Below, in pieces: positions 49,238 to 59,694 of a stretch of 64,000 nucleotides of DNA. Under the pieces are notes generated by a model. It was not told where the DNA came from. It did not search any database and was given only the letters and a program-made list of their open reading frames with translations. A program made the translations under genes and the position numbers. This DNA comes from Vulcanimicrobiota bacterium (GTDB lineage: Bacteria; Vulcanimicrobiota; Vulcanimicrobiia; Vulcanimicrobiales; Vulcanimicrobiaceae): positions 384,001-448,000 of the forward strand of contig CAWCIZ010000003.1 of assembly GCA_963795855.1 (NCBI GenBank), given 5' to 3'. Each line of letters starts with the position of its first letter. The stretch's first letter is position 1.

Positions 49238-50891
49238 CTAGGCGATTTTGGCTTCGTTTCGGCTCACTGCGGACGCTAGCAGCGTCTTGTAGCCGACACT
49301 CGGAAACAGCACGGTGACCAAGTCTTTTTCGGCCCGCTCCACCGTGCCCTGTCCGAATTTCGGATGATAGACGATATCCGCGATGCGATACCCGGACGGG
49401 ATGGCGCGTTCGGGCGCTTCGCCGCGCACGATGCTCGCCGTCTTGGTTTTCTCCCGCAGACAGTTGTCGCATGCGCCGCAGCCCGAGCGTTCGTAATCCT
49501 CGCCGAAGTAATTCAGAATGAATCGGCGGCGGCACGACGTGGTTTCCGCGTATTGCAGCATCATTGCCAGTTTACTTTGGTCGTACGATTTCTTCGTTTC
49601 GTAGCTCGCGAGATTGAGCACTAAATCGCGGTTCTTGCGCGCCCCTTCCGTGAGCGCGTATTTCGAGCGGCTGATCGTTTGGATGAAGCCACCCTTCTTG
49701 AGCAGCGCCAAAATGACTTTGAGTTTGGTGAGCGGCAACTGCAGAATCTTCCGAAGGTCGGTCATCGAAACGCCATCCTCTTGGGCTCCGAAAATCTCCA
49801 GCGTGCCGAAGACTTTTTGCACTTCTTCGATGTCGGGATACTTGCCGGTCAGGAAGTAATTTTGCACGCGCGTGTCGCTCATGCGGTAGATCAGCACGCA
49901 CCTCGAGGGCAAACCGTCGCGGCCCGCGCGGCCCGCTTCCTGCGTGTAGGCTTCGACCGAGCCGGGCAGATCGTAATGCACGACGAACCGGATGTTCGGC
50001 TTGTCGATGCCCAGTCCGAACGCGTTCGTTGCGACGACTGCGCGAATATGCTCCGCCATGAACAATTCGTGTACGGCGGTGCGGTCTTGCTTCTGCAGTT
50101 TGGAGTGATAAACCGCAGCCGGAATGTCGAGCGGATCCTGGAGATACTTCTGCACTTCGAGCGCGTTCTTGATCGTCGCCGTGTAAATGATGCCGGTGCC
50201 TTCGAGTTCCGAAGCAAAGAGTCTGCTTGAGGATCTTGAGTTTGTCGGCTTCTTTCTCGGCGCGCCGCACGACGTAGATGAGATTCGGCCGATCGAAGCC
50301 TTTGACGATCGGTTTGACGTTCGGAATTCCGAGCTGATGCAGGATGTCTTCGCGCACGGCGGGCGTCGCCGTCGCGGTCAGTGCGAGCACCGTCGGATGA
50401 CCGAGACGTTCGATGACGTGCCCGAGCGCCAAATAGGCGGGCCGGAAATCGTGGCCCCATTGGCTGATGCAGTGCGCTTCGTCGACGACGAACAGCGGCA
50501 CGGTGATCGACTGCAGCAACTGCATGAAGCTGTCGTCTTCGAGTTTTTCCGGCGTGACGAACACGATTTTGATGCGCCGGCTGCCGATGCGCTCGAGCGC
50601 CGCGGCTTCCTGATCTTCCGAAAGCGTAGAGTTGAGCGCGACGACGTCGGTGACGCCGAGTTCGCGCAGCATATCGATCTGATCTTTCATCAGCGCGATG
50701 AGCGGACTCACGACGACCGTCGTTCCTTCGAGGAGCAAGGCAGGCAGCTGGTAGGTCAAACTTTTGCCCGCGCCGGTCGCAAAAATCGCAAGCGTGTCTT
50801 GACCCGACACGATGCGCATGACGACCTCTTCTTGACCGGGTTGAAACGATTCGAAACCGAACTTCTCACGAAGCGCAGCCCGCAAATCCAC
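49238..50891 (-). CDS. recQ: RecQ-family ATP-dependent DNA helicase (frameshift near 50215)
   Basis: [56 protein letters not shown]. Confidence 0.92.
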
Positions 50892-51018
50892 GACTCTACC
50901 TCTTCCTGCGAGCCCTGTGAAGCGCGCATACCCGCCTCTTTAGTAAAAAACCAAAGAAGCGCCGCAAACAGTATACCCCCCGGCAGGCTCCTCGAAACAG
51001 CGAAAAGTACTACCCAGA

Positions 51019-52636
51019 GTGTCCCTGTACCGTACTTGGCGTCCGAAGACGTTTCGCCGACTTGGTCGGGCAAGACGCCGTCGTTCGCACGCTCACCAGC
51101 GCGCTCGAAAGCGGCAAACTCGCCCACGCGTATCTGTTCTCCGGCCCGCGCGGTTCGGGCAAGACGTCCGCTGCCAAAATTCTTGGCGCGCTGCATCGAT
51201 TGCGTGAACGGCCCGACGGCCAACGCCCGACAATACGTGCGAAAACTGTCAGGCGATTTTGGCCGGGACTGCTCTCGACGTGCTGGAAATCGACGCCGCC
51301 AGCAACCGCGGCATCGACGAAATCCGCGCGCTGCGCGACGCGGTGAAGTTCGCGCCGTCGACGATGCGCATGAAAGTGTACATCATCGACGAAGCGCACA
51401 TGCTTACCAAAGAAGGCGCGAACGCGTTTCTGAAAACGCTCGAAGAACCGCCGCCCACGCGGTGTTCATTCTGGCGACGACCGAGCCGGAAAAACTGCCG
51501 GTCACGATTCTTTCGCGCTGTCAGCGATACGCGTTCCGCCGCATCGCGATTCCCGTCATGATCGAGCGCATGCGCGAAATTGCGACGGCGGAAAACATCG
51601 CGATCGACGACGCCGCGCTCTCCGCGATCGCGTACCGCGCCGACGGCGGGTTGCGCGACGCGCTCACGATGCTCGAACAGGCCGCCGCGTTCGCCGACGG
51701 CGCGATCACGCCGCAGACGATCGATCTTGCGTTCGGCGCCACCGGCCGCAATTACGCGGGCACGCTGATCGACCGGCTGATCGCAACGGATGCGTCCGGC
51801 GGTGCTGCAGACGCATCGACGATGCGAGCGATGCCGGCACCGACATGCAGGTGCTGCTGCGCGGGCTGATCGCGGAGTTTCGCAATTTGCTGGTCGGCGC
51901 GCATCGATCCGGCAATTGCTCTCGCGCGACCTCGCGCCCGAAGACGCGCGAACGCTGCCGCAGCGCCGCGCTAAGGACTGACGCAGGCGCAGATCGTGCG
52001 CGCGCTGCGGCTGCTTACCGAAGCGCTCTGCGACGGCGCGTTCGTCCGGCAATCCGCGGCTCGAACTCGAAACCGCGCTGCTGCGCTACGTGCTTGCCGC
52101 CGAAGATCCCGACGCTGGACGCGCTCGACGCGCGCGTTGAGCGCGCTGGAGGAAGGCGCGAACGGCGCGCCGTCGCCGGCGCCCGCAGCCTGCAATCATG
52201 CGGCCGGCGTCCGACCCGCGTCGCAAACCGCCGACACCGGCCGCGCACGGCGCGGGCCGGCCCGGTTACGATTCAAAAGGTGCGCGCGGCGTGGGAATCG
52301 ATCGTCACGAAGGTCGAGACCGAGAAGCAGTCGCTGCGCGGCGAGTTGCGGCGCGCGATGCCGGATTCCGATCGAAGGCAACGCGCTGGTCGTGAAAGTT
52401 CCCACGCGCTTTCGGCCGAAATGCTCAGAGACAACGCGAAGCTGGTTCAAGAAGCGATCGCCGAAGCGCTCGGCACGGCGCTGCAGGTGCGATTTCAAAC
52501 GGGCGGCGCTCCGCCTCGTGCAAAGGCGGCACCGCTGCACGAACGCGGCAAGCGTTCAGGCCGGCAACCGCAGAGCGGCGCGATTGCGGAAGATCCCGAC
52601 GAACTGTTCACCTATCTGAACGAACGGATCAAATAG
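51019..52636 (+). CDS. dnaX: DNA polymerase III gamma/tau (many frameshifts)
   Basis: [57 protein letters not shown] and DGGLRDA spread across several frames. Confidence 0.92.
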
Positions 52637-52640
52637 ACCG

Positions 52641-52949
52641 ATGAATCAGGCGCAACTGATGGCGCAGATGCGCAAGATGCAGCAAGAGATGGCAAAGGCG
52701 CAGGACGAGCTTGCGAACACCGTCGTCACCGGCGCTGCCTCGGGCGAGAGCGTCAAAGTGGAGATGACGTGCGATCACCGCGTCAAGAGCGTGAAGATTG
52801 CAAAGGAAGCCGTCGATCCCGACGATGTGGAAACGCTCGAAGATCTGCTCGTCGTCGCATTCAACGACGCGCTGAAGAAAGTCGAAGAAACGGCGCAAAG
52901 CCGGATGGGCGCGCTGACCGGCGGCATGAACATTCCCGGCCTCATGTAG
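52641..52949 (+). CDS. ybaB: Nucleoid-associated protein YbaB/EbfC
   Basis: [29 protein letters not shown]; lies between dnaX and recR. Confidence 0.94.
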   Translation: MNQAQLMAQMRKMQQEMAKAQDELANTVVTGAASGESVKVEMTCDHRVKSVKIAKEAVDPDDVETLEDLLVVAFNDALKKVEETAQSRMGALTGGMNIPGLM

Positions 52950-52950
52950 A

Positions 52951-53563
52951 TTGCCGAATCCGGGATCGCGTCGCCGGTCCGGTTCAAGCCCTGATCAACG
53001 AATTCAGCAAATTGCCGACCGTCGGTCCGAAAACGGCCGCGCGGCTGGTTTTTTATTTGCTCAACCGGCCGCGACAACGAAGCGCAGTCGCTGGCCGAAG
53101 CGATTCTCGCCGTCAAAGATCGCGTGCGGTTGTGCTCGGTCTGCTTTTCGATCACGGAAGAAGATCCGTGCGACATCTGCACGCGACGAACGGCGCGACG
53201 CGAAGACGATCTGCGTCGTCGCCGAAGCGAAAGACATTTTCGCGCTCGAACGCACGTCCGCGTACAAGGGCCGGTACCACGTGCTGGGCGGCCTGATCTC
53301 GCCGATGGACGGCATCGGTCCGCGCAGCTGCGCGTCAAAGAGCTCGTCGATCGCATCGGCGCGCGAACAGCCGCGCGGAGATCATCATCGCGACCAATCC
53401 GAACGCCGAAGGTGAAGCGACGGCGCTGTATCTTTCGCGTCTGCTCACGCCGCTCGGCGTCGCGGTCACGCGCCTGGCGTACGGTTTGCCGATCGGCGGC
53501 GACCTCGATTACGCCGACGAAGTCACGCTTGCAAAAGCGATCGAAGGCCGCCGCGCGCTGTAG
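52951..53563 (+). CDS. recR: Recombination mediator RecR (several frameshifts)
   Basis: [65 protein letters not shown]. Confidence 0.93.
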
Positions 53564-53630
53564 ACAGCGCGACATTTAAGCGCGGTGCAACGTTGTACGG
53601 AGAGAATTCGCACCAACGGAGTATCAAGCA

Positions 53631-54596
53631 ATGGCACGCAAGTTTTTCATCCCACTCGTTAGTTCGCTCGCGCTCGGCGCGGGCATCTTGTTCGCCTCCG
53701 CTCCTGCGGCCGCGGCGTCGTATTGCCCGTCGAACCAAAGTTTTTTCGGTACGATCGAGCGCGTGAACGGCCAAATGCTGACCGTTCGCACGCCAAGCAA
53801 CCACTGGGCCGACGTGCAAATCGATAGCGGCGCGCGCATTACGAGCGACGGCAGTTCGCTTCGGCCCGGACTTTCGGTCGGGGCGTACGGATGCGTCACA
53901 CCCGATGGCGTGTTCCACGCGACCGCGCTATCACTTACGACGAATCAGCGCTACTACAACGAGCAGTTGAGCGGCGTCGTACGGCAAATACAAAGCAACG
54001 GCCGTCTCTTGGTTGCGCAGACCGGACGCGGCGAAGCGATCTGGTACGTTCCCGACGTTGACGAGTATCACGTCGGTCAGCGCATGAGTGCAACCGGTAT
54101 GGTCGGCAGCAACGGTGTTTTTTACCCGCAGCGCATCAACGGCAACAGCACTGCTTACGACACCGACTATTCCAACGCACCCATAACGCGCACCGGCACC
54201 GTGCAGCGCGTGAACGCAAATTCGATTGTGGTCTGGGAACCGTCGAATCGCACGAGCGGTACGTGGATCGTGAACGATGCGGGGCGTTTCCGTAACGGCG
54301 AACGCGTCTCGGCGACTGGCACGGAAGATCGCACCGGCCGCTTCTACGTGCAGACCATCGACGTTCTGGGTTACTCGTCGGGCTGGTCGCGACCGGGCGT
54401 CGCGGCTATCACCCGAACCGGCACGGTACAGCGCGTCGGCGCCAACGCCATCATCGTCTGGGAACCGGCCAACCGCACGAGCGGCACCTGGATCGTGCCT
54501 AACGCCGGGCGCTTCCGCGTCGGCGAACGCGTCTCGGCGACCGGCACGCAAGACCGGTCCGGGCGTTTCTACGTGCGAACGATCAGCATTCTCTAG
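53631..54596 (+). CDS. Secreted protein with four OB-fold-like (DUF5666-like) repeats
   Basis: Signal peptide; repeated G.(I/V).RV...G..VSA.G....G.FY units. Confidence 0.7.
   Translation: MARKFFIPLVSSLALGAGILFASAPAAAASYCPSNQSFFGTIERVNGQMLTVRTPSNHWADVQIDSGARITSDGSSLRPGLSVGAYGCVTPDGVFHATALSLTTNQRYYNEQLSGVVRQIQSNGRLLVAQTGRGEAIWYVPDVDEYHVGQRMSATGMVGSNGVFYPQRINGNSTAYDTDYSNAPITRTGTVQRVNANSIVVWEPSNRTSGTWIVNDAGRFRNGERVSATGTEDRTGRFYVQTIDVLGYSSGWSRPGVAAITRTGTVQRVGANAIIVWEPANRTSGTWIVPNAGRFRVGERVSATGTQDRSGRFYVRTISIL
54183..54593 (+). repeat. Intragenic direct repeat (two ~62-codon copies)
   Basis: ITRTGTVQRV...WEP.NRTSGTWIV..AGRFR.GERVSATGT.DR.GRFYV at about 54183-54368 and 54408-54593. Confidence 0.9.
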
Positions 54597-54699
54597 CAGC
54601 GTCGGCACTGGGGCGGCGAGATATAATTTCAGACCGCTCCAAACGCCGCAATGCCCCAACGTCATGCGCGGCGATTAAGAGCGCGTCTCGCGTAAAGTA

Positions 54700-55104
54700 C
54701 TACGCCGACTGAGTATGAGAGAGCACTTGTTGCACGAGCCGCCGCGCCTTAGTTTTCGCCTCTTCTCTGATTTGGCGAACGCGCGCGAGCGGCTGGCCTT
54801 TCGGATCCGCAAGCGCCCAATCGGCGTCAATCTCCCGTACGCCTTGGACGTCGCAGCCCATGGTGATAACCATGTCCGCCTTCGCCGCAATATCCGGATC
54901 GATAAGCTTGGGCCGTGCGGACGAGATGTCGATTCCATCTTCCGCCATCGCTTGTACGACGACGGGCTCCGGCTTATCGGCCGGTATCGTTCCGGCGGAT
55001 GCTACTTCGATACTGTCACCCGCAAAATGACGGACATACGCCTCGGCCATCTGACTGCGTCCCGTATTATGCCGGCAAACGAAGAGAATAAACGGCTTAC
55101 TCAC
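54700..55104 (-). CDS. arsC: Arsenate reductase, LMW-PTP fold
   Basis: [15 protein letters not shown]-loop, SAGT, ITMGC, DW.LADP; GTGA overlap with acr3. Confidence 0.88.
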   Translation of the reverse strand: MSKPFILFVCRHNTGRSQMAEAYVRHFAGDSIEVASAGTIPADKPEPVVVQAMAEDGIDISSARPKLIDPDIAAKADMVITMGCDVQGVREIDADWALADPKGQPLARVRQIREEAKTKARRLVQQVLSHTQSA

Positions 55105-56157
55105 GTACCTGTTACGACTCCATAGGATTTTTGGAACTGCCGGGCCACGTTCACAAGAGTTAGCATAACCGGGACTTCGACAAGCGGACCGATTACGGCG
55201 GCGAATGCTTGACCCGAGTTGATGCCGAACACAGCCACCGCCACGGCGATCGCAAGTTCGAAATTGTTGCTCGCCGCGGTCAACGAGAGCGCAGTGGACG
55301 CGCCATAAGATGCGCCGAGCCGCTTGGCCATCCAAAACGAGACGAAGAACATCACGACGAAGTAAATAATCAGCGGAGCCGCAATAGTCAGCACGTCCAG
55401 CGGATGCTGCAGAATGCGTGAGCCCTGCAGGGCAAACAGCGCGACGATAGTCACCAGTAAAGCAACCAGCGTGAGCGGCGCGATGCGAGGAACGAACACG
55501 CTATCGTAAGGCTCGTCGCCCATATTTGGCCTCAGAACGCGACGGGTGAGAGCGCCTGCGGCAAACGGGATGCCCAAGTAAATGAGAACGTTCTTGGCAA
55601 CTTCAGCCATGCTCAAGTGGATGGCGAGCCCGTGCAACCCGACGATGGGCGGAAGTACCGTGATGAAAACGAACGCATAGGCCGCGTATCCGAATACCTG
55701 AAACAGCGAGTTGAAGGCGACCAGCGCGGCCGCGTACTCACGATCGCCGTCGGCCAGCTCGTTCCAGACGATTACCATGGCAATACACCGAGCCAGCCCG
55801 ACCAGAACCAGACCCGCGAAGAACGGTGCATTGTTGTGCAAAAAGAGCGCCGCTAGCCCGAACATTAATACCGGCGCGATTATCCAGTTTTGCACGAGCG
55901 ATACGCCGAAAAGCCGGAGGTCGTTAAACACTGCCGGCAACGCTTCATATCGAACGCGAGCAAAGGGTGGATACATCATCGCGATCAGTCCAATCGGCAC
56001 GACGATTGCGGGTAAGCGAAGCCCGACGACGCCGAGCGCGATGCCGATCCCCATCGCAATCAAGAATCCAAAGGGTGAGATAGCGGTCGAGAAAAGACAG
56101 GCGCGGAGCACGCGTCCGTGCTCCGGCTATCTTTTCGTGCCTCACTGTCGTCAACAT
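55101..56157 (-). CDS. acr3: Acr3-family arsenite efflux transporter (frameshift near 56070)
   Basis: [44 protein letters not shown]. Confidence 0.95.
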
Positions 56158-56238
56158 TAAGCCCAATGTTTTTGCGAGATGAGTTTTCCGAAGTTCGCGC
56201 AACCTTGCCGAACCGTAGACGCGCGATTGGAAAAGAGG

Positions 56239-56673
56239 CTAGGATGCGCAGCATTCATGTTCGGCGTCGGTCGCACAACACGCCGCGTCGGCGTTATCGC
56301 GCTCTTCCATTTCCTCGTGCACCGTGTAGATTTCCCAACGGCGCCCATCGGGATCCGTTGCCCACACCTTTGGTTTGATTCGCGTAGCAACACGTCGCTT
56401 CGCGCTCGACCAGCGTTTCGAGTCCTGCCGATTGTAATCGTGCAATCGCGGTCTCAACTGCTTCAATCGTATCGACGACCACGCCGAAGTGCGCTCCGTA
56501 CGGCGGTTTAACGCCGGCGATTCAAATCGAGCGCCAATTCCAGGCCGGGATTCTCGGTGACGAAGAGCGCGTAGTCGCCTCACCTCTTTCGCCGGCTCGC
56601 TGTTCAGCAGCGTGCGATAGAAGGCGATGCTCTTGTCCAAATCGGCTGTTGCGAGATTCAGATGCGTTTTCAT
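56239..56673 (-). CDS. arsI: ArsI/CadI-family VOC metalloenzyme (internal frameshifts)
   Basis: KTHLNL, AHFGV, TCCYA, WATDPDGRRWEIY; Cys-pair-rich tail. Confidence 0.82.
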   Translation of the reverse strand: MKTHLNLATADLDKSIAFYRTLLNSEPAKEVRRLRALRHRESRPGIGARFESPALNRRTERTSAWSSIRLKQLRPRLHDYNRQDSKRWSSAKRRVATRIKPKVWATDPDGRRWEIYTVHEEMEERDNADAACCATDAEHECCAS

Positions 56674-57003
56674 GCCGGGAGCTTTCTGCGGAAAGGCGAG
56701 CGTGAAGGCGTCATGCAACCGCTGCTGAGCCTCTGAAGCGATACGATAGTACACCCATGTGCCGCGCCGCTCGCATGTGACGAGTCCGGCGTCACGCAGA
56801 ATCTTTAGATGATGGGAGACTGTTGGCTGGTTTAGCGGAAGGCCCGCGGTGAAGTCGCACACGCACAATTCATCCTCGGCCCGCGTCAGGGATGCCAGCA
56901 TCGCCAAACGGTGAGGATCTGCGATAGCCTTGAACAACGCCGCGGGCTCTTCAAAATCTCCGTGCGCCAGCCCGCTGGGCGGGCAACAGGGTTGCATCGA
57001 CAT
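56670..57003 (-). CDS. arsR: ArsR/SmtB metalloregulator
   Basis: FKAIADPHRL, ELCVCD, QPTVSHHLKIL, ERRGTWVYY; N-terminal CC. Confidence 0.92.
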
Positions 57004-57039
57004 ACGTCGATATTAGTGCCTACATCGAAGATAGTCAAT
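56996..57039 (-). promoter_or_regulatory. ars promoter with two ArsR operator-like palindromes
   Basis: TTGACT (57038-57033)-17 nt-TAATAT (57015-57010); palindromes ATCGAC-N4-GTCGAT (56996-57011) and imperfect ATCGAA-N4-GTCAAT (57024-57039). Confidence 0.8.
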
Positions 57040-57156
57040 ATAGCGGCCCGGACGGACCGCCACAACACCACCGGCGCAGTTTCGCATCGCAATTTAGAAG
57101 CGCCACGGCAACTCGCCCCCTTTGCTTCCGCCTGCGCTTTGTGCTACAAAGTGGAT

Positions 57157-57756
57157 ATGACGGACCTGGAGCGCGCGCTCGCGGACATCGCCGAGGTCCG
57201 CGAACGTCTGGGGCACGTACAGCGATTCCGCGGATACTCCGGCATTGCGGCTGCGGCATCCGGCGGCTTCGCCGTCGCGGCCGGCGCATTGCAATTGCTG
57301 CTCGTTCCGCACGTGCAAACGGTGCATCAGGGACATCTCTATTTCGCGTTGTGGTTTGCATGCTGCGCCGCGGCGGTGCTGGTGAATTACGGCACTATCG
57401 CGCACTGGTACGTCAACGACGCAACGGCGCGCGATCGATGGCAAACGGCAACCGTCGGCCTTTCCATGATTCCGGCGCTCGTGCTCGGAGCGGTGCTTTC
57501 GTTCGCACTGCTGCGCGCGAACCTCTATGCGTTCTTGCCGGGCATCTGGTATGGCTGCTACGGCGTCGGCCTGTTCGCTTCACGCACGATGGTGCCGCGC
57601 GCCGTCGTGCCTATCGCAGCCGCGTTCATGCTCGCCGGAATGGGATTGCTCTTTGTGCCGCCTTCAATCGCGCTCTCGTGGTGGGTATTGGCGCTCGGCT
57701 TCGGCGCGGGACAGACTGCAATCGGCGCGATCGTGATGCGCGAGCGTACGGTATGA
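57157..57756 (+). CDS. Multi-TM membrane protein, unknown function
   Basis: About 6 hydrophobic helices; ATGA-coupled to the downstream regulator. Confidence 0.75.
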   Translation: MTDLERALADIAEVRERLGHVQRFRGYSGIAAAASGGFAVAAGALQLLLVPHVQTVHQGHLYFALWFACCAAAVLVNYGTIAHWYVNDATARDRWQTATVGLSMIPALVLGAVLSFALLRANLYAFLPGIWYGCYGVGLFASRTMVPRAVVPIAAAFMLAGMGLLFVPPSIALSWWVLALGFGAGQTAIGAIVMRERTV

Positions 57757-58124
57757 GCGAAGCTCCGTACGCGCTCGGTGCGCTCGACCGCGTCTTTCAC
57801 GAACGCGGGCGTTTGGGGATTTGCAGCGCACTCGTCGCAAATGCCGACGGCCTCTCGTTCACGCAGCTGCAGGATGCGTGCAGCCTCACGGACGGCAATC
57901 TCAACCGTCATCTCCACGCCCTGGCCGAGATCGGTATCGTCGAAATGCGGCGCATCACCGGCAAGGGACGGCCACAAACGCTGGTGCGCATCACGCGCGA
58001 GGGCCGCGAGCGGTTTCTCGATTACATCGATGCGCTGGAAGCCGTAGTGCGCGACGTTCAACGATCCCGCAAGCGCAAAGCATCGCCCGCGCGCACCATC
58101 CCCGCCAGCTCGACGTCGCAGTAA
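57753..58124 (+). CDS. Winged-helix transcriptional regulator (MarR/ArsR-like)
   Basis: LDRVFHERGRLGICSAL, LTDGNLNRHL, ITREGRERF..YIDALE. Confidence 0.85.
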   Translation: MSEAPYALGALDRVFHERGRLGICSALVANADGLSFTQLQDACSLTDGNLNRHLHALAEIGIVEMRRITGKGRPQTLVRITREGRERFLDYIDALEAVVRDVQRSRKRKASPARTIPASSTSQ

Positions 58125-58699
58125 ACGCCCATGACGTTCGCGCGCTTCTGCGCGACGTACAACAGCACGTCTTCGTCGCTTTCGCCTGTTTCCACGTCGT
58201 AGGTCGTCGTAATGCAGCGTCCGATCGTATCGCGAACGCGCACGACCGCGTCGCCGATTTCGATCGCGGCGCCCAAGAGATCGGATTCCGCGAACGTGAA
58301 GCCGGCGTCCGCACGAGCGTAAAAATTCGGACGCCATCGCCGCGGATCCAGGCGCGTCTCCAAGGCGGCTTCCACTTCGCCGATCCAACGGTCGAAAATC
58401 AGCGACAGCGGCGCATCGTCGAAGTAGTGCCGTTCCGGCTCCGCCTCCGGCTCGACGACCACGCCGCGACGCGCGGCCATCTGCACGGCGTCTTCTACGC
58501 GCGCAGTGGTGTGCAGCAGATTGTGCTCCTTGCCCCGGAAAGTTTTTCCGGCGCGCGCATGTCCCGTTCGCACCAGCAGCGCGCCCGCGCGATCTCCCGG
58601 AATGCCGCCCGCTTCGACCGGCGTCGACTCGAGCGGCTCCGCCGCCAGACTCTTCATCGGATAGCGCCAAATCGCGCCGACTCGGCCAAGATTCCGCAT
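58058..58699 (-). CDS. MOSC domain protein
   Basis: IWRYPMKSL, GDR, RWRPNF, RCITT, GVYCDVELAGMVRAGD. Confidence 0.88.
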   Translation of the reverse strand: MRNLGRVGAIWRYPMKSLAAEPLESTPVEAGGIPGDRAGALLVRTGHARAGKTFRGKEHNLLHTTARVEDAVQMAARRGVVVEPEAEPERHYFDDAPLSLIFDRWIGEVEAALETRLDPRRWRPNFYARADAGFTFAESDLLGAAIEIGDAVVRVRDTIGRCITTTYDVETGESDEDVLLYVAQKRANVMGVYCDVELAGMVRAGDALRLRDR

Positions 58700-58749
58700 G
58701 CGCGAAAACTACCATAGGATAGCGACGAAATCCTCAAGAAAGCGCTTGA

Positions 58750-59694
58750 ATGAATCCGGCGGGTGAAGCCTCACTCCTGCGGCCCTTGTCCCTAGGCGAA
58801 GTATTCGATCGCGCCGTGACGCTTTACGTGCGCAATTTGGGGCTCTTCACCGCCATCGCACTCGTGCTCGTCGTACCGGTATCGGTGCTGCGGTATTTCA
58901 TCGGCTTGCACAGCGGCGGAGCGTTCGCGCAGGTGTTCGACCAACTGCAGCATCCCGGCAAGCTCCCCGTTCCGGATACGAGTGGCGTCGATGGCGCTTT
59001 GTCGATGGCGACGATTGCAGCCGGAATTGTGCTCAATGCGTTTACTATGGTGGCGATCGCCCGGGCCGTCGGCGCGCTCTACCGCGGCGAGCAGCCGCAG
59101 TGGAGCGCGTGCTATCTGTACGCGCTGCGCCGCACGGGCGCGGTGCTGCTTACGCTCGGGTGCGAGATCCTCGCGTTTGCAGCCGTCTTCTTCGCAGGCG
59201 CCGTTGCCGTCGGCATCGTGCTCGGTATCGGTTTCGTCGTGATGCCTTTCTCCGGCGTGCTCGGCGTCGTGGCGCTCGTCTTCGCCGGCATCGCCGCGCT
59301 CGCGTGGATTTGCATCGTCCTGCTCGTCTATCTCGCATTCGCGTTCGGTTTCGCGGCGCTGGCTGTCGAGGATACCCGCGCCGGAGGCGCAATGGCAAGC
59401 GGCTTCGCCCGTATTTTCAACCGCGCCGAACTGTGGCGCGGTGTGCTCGTGTGCCTCGCCTTCGTCGTCGTGTACTTCGGCATCTCGTTCGTCTCTCTGG
59501 GCTCCGGTGCGGTGCTGGAGTCGCTTAAGCTGCATGTGGTGTGGATCGCGATCGGCGCGCTGATTTCGTTGGTGGCCACTGCGCTCGTAGGGGTTATCGT
59601 GGCGGTGTATTACTTGGACGTGCGGATCCGGCGCGAGGGCTTGGACATGCACATGGAAATGGAACGTTTGCACCCGATCGCATCGGCGCCGTGA
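58750..59694 (+). CDS. Integral membrane protein of the MoxR cluster
   Basis: LRPLSLGEVFDRA at the start, YLDVRIRREGLD at the end; multi-TM. Confidence 0.8.
   Translation: MNPAGEASLLRPLSLGEVFDRAVTLYVRNLGLFTAIALVLVVPVSVLRYFIGLHSGGAFAQVFDQLQHPGKLPVPDTSGVDGALSMATIAAGIVLNAFTMVAIARAVGALYRGEQPQWSACYLYALRRTGAVLLTLGCEILAFAAVFFAGAVAVGIVLGIGFVVMPFSGVLGVVALVFAGIAALAWICIVLLVYLAFAFGFAALAVEDTRAGGAMASGFARIFNRAELWRGVLVCLAFVVVYFGISFVSLGSGAVLESLKLHVVWIAIGALISLVATALVGVIVAVYYLDVRIRREGLDMHMEMERLHPIASAP

Noticed and set aside
50892..51018. SRP RNA (ffs), often found upstream of dnaX
   Set aside because: The spacer is short and A-rich with no SRP domain IV hairpin recognised; more likely divergent promoters.
51019..52636. 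Programmed frameshifting in dnaX (gamma/tau)
   Set aside because: Many shifts fall inside the conserved AAA+ core, no A-AAA-AAG or long A-run slippery site was seen, and neighbouring recR is equally broken; this points to local low-quality sequence.
2300..56673. Mass pseudogenisation or genome decay
   Set aside because: The breaks are single-base indels in essential genes (dnaA, dnaX, lpxC, rnpA) with motifs otherwise intact and no in-frame stops noticed; typical of unpolished long-read assembly.
56239..57003. Apparent ArsR-ArsI fusion
   Set aside because: An ATGA stop/start signature at 56670-56673 and further indels inside arsI suggest two genes; cannot be fully excluded without reads.
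58058..58124. 67-bp convergent overlap of regulator and MOSC genes as a regulatory device
   Set aside because: The overlap covers only a low-complexity tail; common in high-GC genomes.
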